From Collinsella sp. (lineage in GTDB: Bacteria; Actinomycetota; Coriobacteriia; Coriobacteriales; Coriobacteriaceae), in NCBI GenBank assembly GCA_036312985.1, contig JAXJMV010000030.1, positions 15,456 to 79,455 on the forward strand: a stretch of DNA of 64,000 nucleotides. The letters run 5' to 3'. A program made the translations under genes and the position numbers. Below are positions 8,723-17,416 of this stretch, piece by piece. Numbering within the stretch: position 1 is the stretch's first letter; each line of letters begins with the position of its first letter. The notes beneath the pieces are model-generated. The model did not search any database and had not been told where the DNA came from. It saw only the letters and a list, made by a program, of their open reading frames with translations.

Positions 8723-9913
8723 GTGCAATACCGCGTTGACCCTAAAAGTGGTAACCGAATATCCGCTCTGGGTCTGGGCTGCATGAGGTTTCCCGGTGCG
8801 CCGGGACGTCCGGATGCGAAGACAGCCGATGCCATCATTTCCCGTGCGGTGGAGCAGGGGATTAACTACCTGGACACGGCCTATCTCTATCCCGGCAACG
8901 AGGCGTGCGTGGGTGCGTCGCTTGAGCGCCTGGGCTTGCGCGACCAGGTTTTGCTCGCAACCAAGCTGCCGCATGCTTCGTGCAAATGCGCGGAGGATTT
9001 CGACCGGTTCTTCGACGAGCAACTGCGCCGCCTACGGACTGACCATATCGACTATTACCTCATGCACAACATTACCTCGCCCGCCCAGTGGGAACGTGTG
9101 GTGGCGTTGGGCATCGAGGACTGGATCGCGCAGCAAAAGGCTGCAGGGCGTATTCGTCAGATAGGCTTTTCGTACCACGGCAGCGCGGCGGACTTCCTTA
9201 CGATGCTCGATGCGTATGAGTGGGACTTTTGCCAGATCCAGTACAACTACGCTGGAGAACGATATCAGGCGGGAACGGCGGGGCTCATGGCCGCCGCCGA
9301 GCGAGGTCTCGCGGTGTTTGTGATGGAGCCGCTTTTGGGCGGACGCTTGGCAGGCAAATTGCCTCCGCGGGCGCGCGCTGTTCTTGATGGTGCATGCGAT
9401 CGGCATTTGCATACGCCTGCCGCTTGGGGGCTCTCGTGGGTGTGGAATCATCCCCAGGTGACCATGTTGCTTTCGGGTATGACCGATACCGCGCAGGTGG
9501 ACGAGAATTCGTCACTGGCAGACCTCGCGTTGCCGAATTCGATGACGGCCAACCAGCTCGACACGATTGCGCGCGTGTTGATGGAGTTTGAGAAATCGAA
9601 CCGTGTGCCCTGCACGGGATGCGGCTATTGCATGCCGTGCCCTAAAGGCATCAATATCCCTGGATGTTTTGCCGCCTACAACGCAAGCTATGCGCACAGC
9701 TGGTTTACGGGGCTGTCTCAATACTTTACGGCGAGCGCGGTGCGCACAAGCGAGCCCAAGTTGGTGAGCAATTGCGTCAAATGCGGCAAATGCGCGCGGC
9801 ACTGCCCGCAGCACATCGATATTCCCGAGCGTCTCGACGATGTGCGCCGACGTTTCCAGCCTGGTCCCGTGACGGCGGTGCTTAAGGCCTTCGGCAAAAC
9901 GCGCTCCTCATGA
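8723..9913 (+). CDS. Aldo/keto reductase with C-terminal 4Fe-4S dicluster domain
   Basis: LGLGCMRF, YLDTAYLY, VMEPLLGG; CTGCGYCMPCP and CVKCGKCARHCP. Confidence 0.92.
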   Translation: MQYRVDPKSGNRISALGLGCMRFPGAPGRPDAKTADAIISRAVEQGINYLDTAYLYPGNEACVGASLERLGLRDQVLLATKLPHASCKCAEDFDRFFDEQLRRLRTDHIDYYLMHNITSPAQWERVVALGIEDWIAQQKAAGRIRQIGFSYHGSAADFLTMLDAYEWDFCQIQYNYAGERYQAGTAGLMAAAERGLAVFVMEPLLGGRLAGKLPPRARAVLDGACDRHLHTPAAWGLSWVWNHPQVTMLLSGMTDTAQVDENSSLADLALPNSMTANQLDTIARVLMEFEKSNRVPCTGCGYCMPCPKGINIPGCFAAYNASYAHSWFTGLSQYFTASAVRTSEPKLVSNCVKCGKCARHCPQHIDIPERLDDVRRRFQPGPVTAVLKAFGKTRSS

Positions 9914-9994
9914 CCCTTTTATATCTTGTGATGGAATAGTTCCTGTTTGCGGCAGAATAGGGCGATAGCAGGAACTATTTCGCCGCAACTGATG
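9910..9994 (+). repeat. Structured 85-bp intergenic repeat, copy A
   Basis: 64/85 identical, ungapped, to 11077-11161; stem 9926-9947 pairs with 9967-9988. Confidence 0.8.
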
Positions 9995-10004
9995 GGAGGC
10001 TATC

Positions 10005-11024
10005 GTGGGTGACCGAGGTTTACGTAATGATTCGCGTGAGGTTCGTTGGGGCATTTTGGGCGCTGGGTACATTTCTCATCGATTTGCATCGTCGCTTAAG
10101 AAGGCCGACGGGGCACGGCTGGTGGCTGCGGCCGGCCGCACTCCTGCACATGTCGAGGAATTTTGCCGAGCGTTTTCGATCGATGCTGCGCATGGCCATG
10201 CCTCGGTCGACGATAACGGCAATGCGGCTTATGACGCGCTGATTGCCGACCCCGATGTCGACGCAATCTACTTGGCTCTTCCGCATGGCATGCATACGCG
10301 TTGGGCCTGTCGCGCGCTGCGCGCCGGAAAGGCCGTGTTGTGCGAAAAGCCGGCCGTTTTGAGTGAGGAAGAGGCTCTCTCGATTGCCTCCACCTCTCGC
10401 GAGCGCGGCGTGCTGTTTATGGAGGCGATGAAGAATCGGTTTTGCCCGATGCGCACTCGCGTGAAAGACTTGCTTGCGTCGGGTGAGCTTGGCCGTATTG
10501 TCTCGATTGAAAGCGTGCAAAAGCTCGATTACGGCGAGTCTCCTTCGGGCTATCTGCTTGATCCGTTGCAGGGCGGCTGTCTATATGACATGGGCTGCTA
10601 TGCGGTCGGTTGGTTTGAGGATTTGCTCGCGGGCGCGTGCGAGGTTTCGTCCCGTGAAGTTCGCTGGCGTGACGTATCAGGCGGCCGCGTCGATTGGGCC
10701 GACGAGATCCATATGAGCGTCGGCGGTATACCCATTCATATGGCGTGCGACGGCAAAGCAACATACGAAAGCCGCTTAACGATTGCCTGTGAGCGGGGCT
10801 CGTTGGAAATCGAGCGTCTCCATCGCCCCGAGCGCGCTCATGTGAAGTATTCCGACGGTCGAACGCTAGAAATAAATGCCCCGTTTGAGGTCGATGATTT
10901 CTACGGCGAAATCCAGCATGCGACGCAGCTCATTCAGGCGGGGAAACTCGAGAGTCCCGTCATGCCCCTTGCCGCCACGCAGCGCTGCGCGCACATCATC
11001 GATGCGATTCGTTTGAAACTTTAG
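10005..11024 (+). CDS. Gfo/Idh/MocA family oxidoreductase
   Basis: WGILGAGYIS, GKAVLCEKP, GGCLYDMGCY. Confidence 0.9.
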   Translation: MGDRGLRNDSREVRWGILGAGYISHRFASSLKKADGARLVAAAGRTPAHVEEFCRAFSIDAAHGHASVDDNGNAAYDALIADPDVDAIYLALPHGMHTRWACRALRAGKAVLCEKPAVLSEEEALSIASTSRERGVLFMEAMKNRFCPMRTRVKDLLASGELGRIVSIESVQKLDYGESPSGYLLDPLQGGCLYDMGCYAVGWFEDLLAGACEVSSREVRWRDVSGGRVDWADEIHMSVGGIPIHMACDGKATYESRLTIACERGSLEIERLHRPERAHVKYSDGRTLEINAPFEVDDFYGEIQHATQLIQAGKLESPVMPLAATQRCAHIIDAIRLKL

Positions 11025-11076
11025 AGCGTGGGGGCATGGCACCAGCGCTTGGAATGCCTGGAGGCCTTTGTCCCTG

Positions 11077-11161
11077 ATGCCCCTTTTATAACTTGCGGTG
11101 GAATACGGTCTGTTTGCGCCAAAATAAGGCACCAATAGACCGTATTTCACCGCAACTGATG
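11077..11161 (+). repeat. Structured 85-bp intergenic repeat, copy B
   Basis: 22-bp stem 11093-11114/11134-11155 with two G-U pairs; homologous to 9910-9994. Confidence 0.8.
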
Positions 11162-11176
11162 AGGAGGGAGCTGGAG

Positions 11177-12043
11177 ATGCTGACGATCGGGTGCCATCTT
11201 TCGACGACGAAGGGCTATCGGGCAATGGGGGAGACAGCGTTGTCCATTGGCGCCAATACCTTTGCATTCTTTACGCGCAACCCGCGCGGCGGCAAGGCGA
11301 AAGACCTTGACATGGATGACGTGGCGGCCCTGCGCGAGCTTATGGAGCAAAACGACTTTGGCCCGCTCGTGGCTCATGCCCCGTATACCTATAACCCCTG
11401 CTCAGCCAAAGAGCGGGCGCGCGAGTTTGCCCTGGAGGCCATGGCAGAGGACCTGCGGCGCATGGAGGCGCTGCCCGGCAACTACTACAACTTCCATCCC
11501 GGTGCGCATGTGGGGCAGGGCTCCGACGCCGGCATTCAGATGATTGTCGACACCCTGTGCCAGGTGATGTTTGAGGGCCAGCAGACGACGGTGCTGCTCG
11601 AGACCATGGCCGGCAAGGGTACCGAGGTGGGCCGCAGCTTTGAGGAGCTGGCGTGCATTATCGAGGGCGTTGCCGCCAAGTGCCCAGAGCTGTCCGATAA
11701 GCTGGGCGTTTGTTTGGACACCTGCCATGTGAGCGATGCCGGCTACGACATCATCCATGATCTGGACGGCGTACTCGACGAGTTCGACCGCGTGGTGGGT
11801 ATCGATCGCTTGCATGCCGTACACATCAACGATTCGAAGAACCCTTGTGGCGCCCATAAAGATCGTCACGAGTGCATCGGCAAGGGATACCTTGGCAGCG
11901 AGGAATTTGGTGGCGGTATGCAGGTTATGCAGAATATTGTATCGAATGGCCGTTTGTGTTCGCTGCCGTTTATTTTGGAGACTCCGAACGAACTTGCAGG
12001 TTATGCAGCTGAAATTAGATTATTAAGGTCATTGCAGCAGTAA
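11177..12043 (+). CDS. nfo: Endonuclease IV
   Basis: [46 protein letters not shown]. Confidence 0.95.
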   Translation: MLTIGCHLSTTKGYRAMGETALSIGANTFAFFTRNPRGGKAKDLDMDDVAALRELMEQNDFGPLVAHAPYTYNPCSAKERAREFALEAMAEDLRRMEALPGNYYNFHPGAHVGQGSDAGIQMIVDTLCQVMFEGQQTTVLLETMAGKGTEVGRSFEELACIIEGVAAKCPELSDKLGVCLDTCHVSDAGYDIIHDLDGVLDEFDRVVGIDRLHAVHINDSKNPCGAHKDRHECIGKGYLGSEEFGGGMQVMQNIVSNGRLCSLPFILETPNELAGYAAEIRLLRSLQQ

Positions 12044-12190
12044 TGACTGTCACAAAGTAGAGTATTCCATTCACGTTATGGGTTTGTTTCAATCAGTTTT
12101 CTCATTGCAGATTCGTAATTCCAGGTGCATAATAGCCAACAGTTTTTGCAGGCCTCTGAATCAAACGAGGTCACCGGAAGGAGACTGATT

Positions 12191-13051
12191 ATGAAGCTCA
12201 AGAAGCTTGGCGCATTTGCCGCCACGGGTGCCATGGCGCTCGCCCTCGCACTGACGGGCTGCGGCTCGTCCAACGCCACCTCTGGTTCTGATGCCGGTTC
12301 CAGCAGCTCTGACGACGCTAAGGTCGAGAAGGTCGACGGCTCCAAGGAGTACGCGCTCGTCAAGGATGGTACGCTGACCGTCGGCACCTCTGCCGAGTAC
12401 GCTCCGTTTGAGTACAAGGATGACAACGGCGATTATCAGGGCTTTGACCTTGAGCTCATCAAGGCCATCGGCGACAAGCTGGGCCTGGATGTCGAGTATA
12501 TCAACAATGACTTTGACACGCTGGTTCCGGGTGTCGCTTCGGGCGCCAAGTATGACGTTTCCATTGCGGCTATCACCGACACGCCCGAGCGTGAGAAGGA
12601 AGTCACTTTCTCTGATTCCTACTACATGGACGATCAGGCTATCGTGACCAAGGTCGATAACGCCGACATCACGGCCGACAACTACAGCGAGAAGCTCAAC
12701 AACGCCGATGCTACCATCATCGTCCAGTCTGGCTCGACCGCCGAGTCCTTTGCCCAGGAGAACTTCCCCAAGGCCAAGATTGTCCCCTACAAGGACGCCA
12801 CCGAGTGCTTCAGCGCCCTGCAGTCCGATAAGGGCGACGCCGTAGTCACCAACCGCTCCGTTGCCAGCCAGCTGACCGCCGAGCAGTTCAACACCTGCCA
12901 GACCATTAAGCAGATTAGCACCGGCGAGGAGTACGCCATCGCCATCAACCAGGGCAACACCAAGCTCAAGGACGACATCAACCAGGCCATCAAGGACCTG
13001 ACCGACGACGGTACCGTTGACGCCCTCATGGCTAAGTACAACATCAAGTAA
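12191..13051 (+). CDS. Polar amino-acid ABC transporter substrate-binding lipoprotein
   Basis: Lipobox LTGC; TLTVGTSAEYAPFEY, GFDLEL, ITDTPEREK. Confidence 0.92.
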   Translation: MKLKKLGAFAATGAMALALALTGCGSSNATSGSDAGSSSSDDAKVEKVDGSKEYALVKDGTLTVGTSAEYAPFEYKDDNGDYQGFDLELIKAIGDKLGLDVEYINNDFDTLVPGVASGAKYDVSIAAITDTPEREKEVTFSDSYYMDDQAIVTKVDNADITADNYSEKLNNADATIIVQSGSTAESFAQENFPKAKIVPYKDATECFSALQSDKGDAVVTNRSVASQLTAEQFNTCQTIKQISTGEEYAIAINQGNTKLKDDINQAIKDLTDDGTVDALMAKYNIK

Positions 13052-13072
13052 AATAGCTACTTGATTGCTCAC

Positions 13073-13104
13073 GGGCCCTTTCCGTTTTGGCGGAGAGGGC
13101 CTTT
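13073..13104 (+). terminator. Intra-operon hairpin between binding protein and permease genes
   Basis: GGGCCCTTTCCG/CGGAGAGGGCCT stem followed by a short T run. Confidence 0.5.
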
Positions 13105-13169
13105 GCGCTTCTCTTGACGGAGAGTATTTCCGTCTCGTTTTGCCGGCAACTTCTACGATAGGAGCCACC

Positions 13170-14531
13170 TTGTCTCGACTGAACAAAGGGGCCGCGGAGC
13201 AGCGTTTTCCACTGCCCGCCTTGCTCCAAAAGCTAGTCTGCGTCATGGCCGTGGCGCTTGCGCTGGTGTGTGTGGGGGCATATGCGCCCACGACCGCCCA
13301 GGCGCTTGAGACCGCAAAGATTACCGCCCGACCCAACACCGGTTCGGGCAGCGCTGTGGTCGGCGGTACCGAGACGCGCATTACCTGGGAGGTCCAGGCC
13401 GATGCCGACGAGGAGCTGAGCGGTCTTTCTTTGACTTTTGTCGACGGCACGACGTTTGGTACCGATGACACGCGATTGACGATGCTCTCGGGCGAGGACC
13501 TCATGGATCGTACGCCCATGAAACCCACGTGCAAGGCTGACGGCCAGACGCTCAAGATTGACTTTGGCGAGACGGCGCCTGCCGGCGGCTTTTTCCGTGT
13601 CGAGGTTTATGGTGTGACGTTTCCCGTCGAGGGCGGCGATGAGGCCTTTAGCGGCACCTACACTTTGGCCGATGGCTCGACCAAGAAGATCTCCAAGATT
13701 CCGTCGGTGGAGATCAAGGGCGTGACGGCCTTCGATAACTTCTTGGCCGACCTTAAGGAGCAGCCGTGGGTCGAGGCTTGGAACTCCAATATGTTCCTGC
13801 GCCTGTTCTTGAACCCGGTCATTTTGGTCCAAAGCCTGCCGATCGTCTTCAAGGGCTTCCTCATGTCGCTTTCGATCGTGCTTGTGGCGTTTCCGCTGGC
13901 AATTCCCTTCGGTTTCGCCCTGTCGCTCATGCGCATCTCCAAGTCGCGCATCCTGCGCTGCCTCGCCGGCATCTACGTGAATATCATTCGCGGTACGCCG
14001 GCGTTCCTGCAGATCTATATCGCGTTCTTCGGTCTGCCGTTGGCCGGCGTCAAGGTGGACGACTATGTCTTGGGCGTTATCGTCATGGCCATGAATTCGT
14101 CTGCCTATCTGTGTGAGATCTTCCGCGCCGGTATTCAATCGATCCCCAAGGGCCAAAACGAGGCTGCTCGCTCTCTGGGCATGAATGCCTTCCAGACGCT
14201 GCTCTACGTTATGATTCCGCAGACGTTCCGCAATGTTTTGCCTACGCTGACCAGCGAGTTTATCTTGCTTTACAAGGATACGTCGCTGCTTGCGGCCGTG
14301 GGCGTGGTCGAGATCGTCATGAACGCCCGCACCATCGTGGCCACGACGGGGTCTATCACGCCGTATGTGGTTGCCGCCCTGTTCTATCTGGTCATTACCC
14401 TGCCGCTTGCGCGCTTGGTGAGCGGTCTTGAGGCGAGGCTGCTGGGTACGGCCGAAACCAAAAAGAAGCGTCCCACCAAGAGCGCCGGACAGGTTGTCGC
14501 GACGCCCGCCGACCATATCGCTGGTCTGTAA
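13170..14531 (+). CDS. Amino-acid ABC permease (HisM/GlnP type) with extra N-terminal extracytoplasmic domain
   Basis: IRGTP, SAYLCEIFRAGIQSI..GQNEAARSLG EAA loop, KDTSL; TTG start after GGAG. Confidence 0.88.
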   Translation: MSRLNKGAAEQRFPLPALLQKLVCVMAVALALVCVGAYAPTTAQALETAKITARPNTGSGSAVVGGTETRITWEVQADADEELSGLSLTFVDGTTFGTDDTRLTMLSGEDLMDRTPMKPTCKADGQTLKIDFGETAPAGGFFRVEVYGVTFPVEGGDEAFSGTYTLADGSTKKISKIPSVEIKGVTAFDNFLADLKEQPWVEAWNSNMFLRLFLNPVILVQSLPIVFKGFLMSLSIVLVAFPLAIPFGFALSLMRISKSRILRCLAGIYVNIIRGTPAFLQIYIAFFGLPLAGVKVDDYVLGVIVMAMNSSAYLCEIFRAGIQSIPKGQNEAARSLGMNAFQTLLYVMIPQTFRNVLPTLTSEFILLYKDTSLLAAVGVVEIVMNARTIVATTGSITPYVVAALFYLVITLPLARLVSGLEARLLGTAETKKKRPTKSAGQVVATPADHIAGL

Positions 14532-14543
14532 GGAGGTTCTATT

Positions 14544-15296
<753 letters not shown>

Positions 15297-15321
15297 CCGC
15301 TTTATATGACTGACATAGCAG

Positions 15322-15357
15322 AAAACGGGAGCCGGATGTGATCCGGCTCCCGTTTTT
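15322..15357. terminator. Bidirectional intrinsic terminator
   Basis: AAAACGGGAGCCGGAT-GTG-ATCCGGCTCCCGTTTTT between convergent genes. Confidence 0.85.
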
Positions 15358-15413
15358 GTTGGGACGCGAATGTGTTTTGGTGCAGAGCGCGTTACGGGCG
15401 GAGCTCATTGCCG

Positions 15414-15833
15414 CTAGACGAGCTCGGCTCCAAGGGCGCGGCAGGCCGCCTCGCCCTCATCGTCGGGGGCGTCGTAGCAAATGACGGAATCGACGACGTT
15501 GACACCTGCCTCGTCGGCATCGGCCTTCCAGTTGTCCATCCACTCGCCCTCGGCCCACGAATAAGAGCCAAAGAGGACGACCTTCTTGTCGCCGAGGGTT
15601 TCCTTGACTTCGTCCCACATCGGTTGGAACTCATCGTATTCAAGCTCCTCGGAGCCCATGGCGGGGCAACCGAAGGCGAAGGCATCATAGTCGGCGGCCC
15701 TGTCGGCAGAGAAGTCGGCGCAGGGGATGACTTCGGCCTCGGCGCCCGCGGACGTGGTGCCCTCGGCAACGAGGTTTGCCATGGCCTCGGTGTTGCCCGT
15801 GCCGCTCCAATAGACGACGGCGATCTTGCTCAT
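15414..15833 (-). CDS. Short-chain flavodoxin
   Basis: VYWSGTGNTEAMA, FGCPAMG, FGSYSW. Confidence 0.95.
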   Translation of the reverse strand: MSKIAVVYWSGTGNTEAMANLVAEGTTSAGAEAEVIPCADFSADRAADYDAFAFGCPAMGSEELEYDEFQPMWDEVKETLGDKKVVLFGSYSWAEGEWMDNWKADADEAGVNVVDSVICYDAPDDEGEAACRALGAELV

Positions 15834-15879
15834 GTTGAGTCCTTTCGGTTGTGCGGCGTGCGGCCGCGGTTTGTACGTT

Positions 15880-16584
15880 CTATCGGGTCGCCTGGGCAAG
15901 TTGCGCCAAGCTGCAGCCCTGCTGATAGATAAAGGTGAGGTGTTGGGTGCAGGCACGGTACGCATCAAACGTCGCAAGCGCCTGCTCGACATTCGTATAG
16001 ACCTTCCAGGCTCCAAAGATCTTGTAGTTCTCGCCACGCTGGGCGATGAACTCGTATACGTCGTCGTAGGGGTACCCCAGGAAGTAGCCAATTTCGTGTG
16101 GAAACTCGCAGGTGCAGCCGTTGTCGCAGTGTGCTTGATGGTCCAATGCGCATCGGGTTTGGCCGCATGCGCATTCCGCGGCGTTATTGCTTGCGAGCGT
16201 GATGCGCGATGCCAGGTGCACAAGACATGCCGAGAGGTTGCCGGTGTCGTAGCCCTCCTTGGCGAGTGCCGTTTTGGCGCGCGGGTCAGCAAGGTAAGTG
16301 GCGAGGCTATTGGGCCGATATGCGTATACGAGCGCCCCGCAGGGGCGCCAGACCAAAACGCTCAGATGGATGCCGAACGGATTAAGCTCGCGGTTGCACC
16401 GGGCGATAACGTTGAGCAGGCGTGCTCGGCGATCCTCGATCGCCGCAGTTACGCTTGAGCCGTCTTGATCGACATAGACTCCTGGGTAGGTAAAGAGCGA
16501 TGCCGGTTTGATGCCCGCGAGCGTGGGGGAGCAGTTGCGCACGACTGCCGCCTGAAACGTTGGGATGTCTATGGTTCGAGTCAC
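15880..16584 (-). CDS. DUF3793 family protein
   Basis: CSPTLAGIKPASLF, FPHEIGYFLGYP, GAWKVY; adjacent to flavodoxin as is typical. Confidence 0.85.
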   Translation of the reverse strand: MTRTIDIPTFQAAVVRNCSPTLAGIKPASLFTYPGVYVDQDGSSVTAAIEDRRARLLNVIARCNRELNPFGIHLSVLVWRPCGALVYAYRPNSLATYLADPRAKTALAKEGYDTGNLSACLVHLASRITLASNNAAECACGQTRCALDHQAHCDNGCTCEFPHEIGYFLGYPYDDVYEFIAQRGENYKIFGAWKVYTNVEQALATFDAYRACTQHLTFIYQQGCSLAQLAQATR

Positions 16585-16606
16585 GACGCTCCTTACGGAT
16601 CTAAAC

Positions 16607-16674
16607 TGTTAGCCTAGGAAAACTTATACACGAAAGTAAGCCTTGGTCAACTAAAAAGTTTGAAGAGGGAAACT
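16607..16674. promoter_or_regulatory. Three tandem DtxR/IdeR-like 18-bp boxes
   Basis: TGTTAGCCTAGGAAAACT (16607-16624), AGTAAGCCTTGGTCAACT (16635-16652), AGTTTGAAGAGGGAAACT (16657-16674). Confidence 0.5.
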
Positions 16675-16712
16675 AATTGACCGAACGGACATGATTTTGG
16701 GTTAAGATGGGA

Positions 16713-16729
16713 ACACCCCATGGGGGTAT
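16713..16729. promoter_or_regulatory. CsoR/RcnR-like operator
   Basis: ACACCCCATGGGGGTAT C-tract/G-tract pseudo-palindrome just upstream of an HMA gene. Confidence 0.55.
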
Positions 16730-16758
16730 CTAGATAGGGCTACTTGAAAGGGGAACGC

Positions 16759-17142
16759 ATGAGTGACTTGCTCAACCCTGCGAATCTCATCGTGCTGGCC
16801 GTCATTGCCGTCGGCATGTTTTTTGGGCTGCGTCGCATTGCGGCGTCGACGCATGGAAAGAGCTGTTGCAGTGATGGCGCGAGCGGCAAGAAAGCCAAGA
16901 AGGTTGTGGTGGCAGACACCGACGAGTCCCACTACCCCTATCGTGAGGAGCTGCTTATCGGCGGCATGAGCTGCGACGGATGCGCTCGGAATGTGACGAA
17001 TGCCCTCAATGCGCTTGATGGCGTGTGGGCTACGGTGACGTATGCGGACCACACGGCACGCGTACGCTCGAAGCGCCCGGTTGATCGCGACACAATCGAG
17101 ACGGCGGTGAGGGGCGCGGGCTATTACGTTATGAAGATGTAG
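16759..17142 (+). CDS. Membrane-anchored heavy-metal-associated (CopZ-like) protein
   Basis: N-terminal TM helix, GKSCC, GMSCDGC HMA motif. Confidence 0.88.
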   Translation: MSDLLNPANLIVLAVIAVGMFFGLRRIAASTHGKSCCSDGASGKKAKKVVVADTDESHYPYREELLIGGMSCDGCARNVTNALNALDGVWATVTYADHTARVRSKRPVDRDTIETAVRGAGYYVMKM

Positions 17143-17416
17143 GCGTTGCCCTCTCCGGCGGATACCGGCCGCCTGCTCATTGTGACTATCGGCATCCAAA
17201 AATTTGTGCAAAAAAATAACCTTTAGATGCGGCAAAAGTGGAGTTTGGTGACGGTTCGCGCGGAATTCGTTACCAATTGAGCATCTATTAACCCGTCCAA
17301 AAAATTACAGGTGTATATTTATACGCTGATTATTGCTGTGCTCAGATTGCAATTAACCGTGGACAGAAATGAAGAATGCTAAAGCTGGGCTTTAGGACAG
17401 GGGAGGTTATAGCCTT

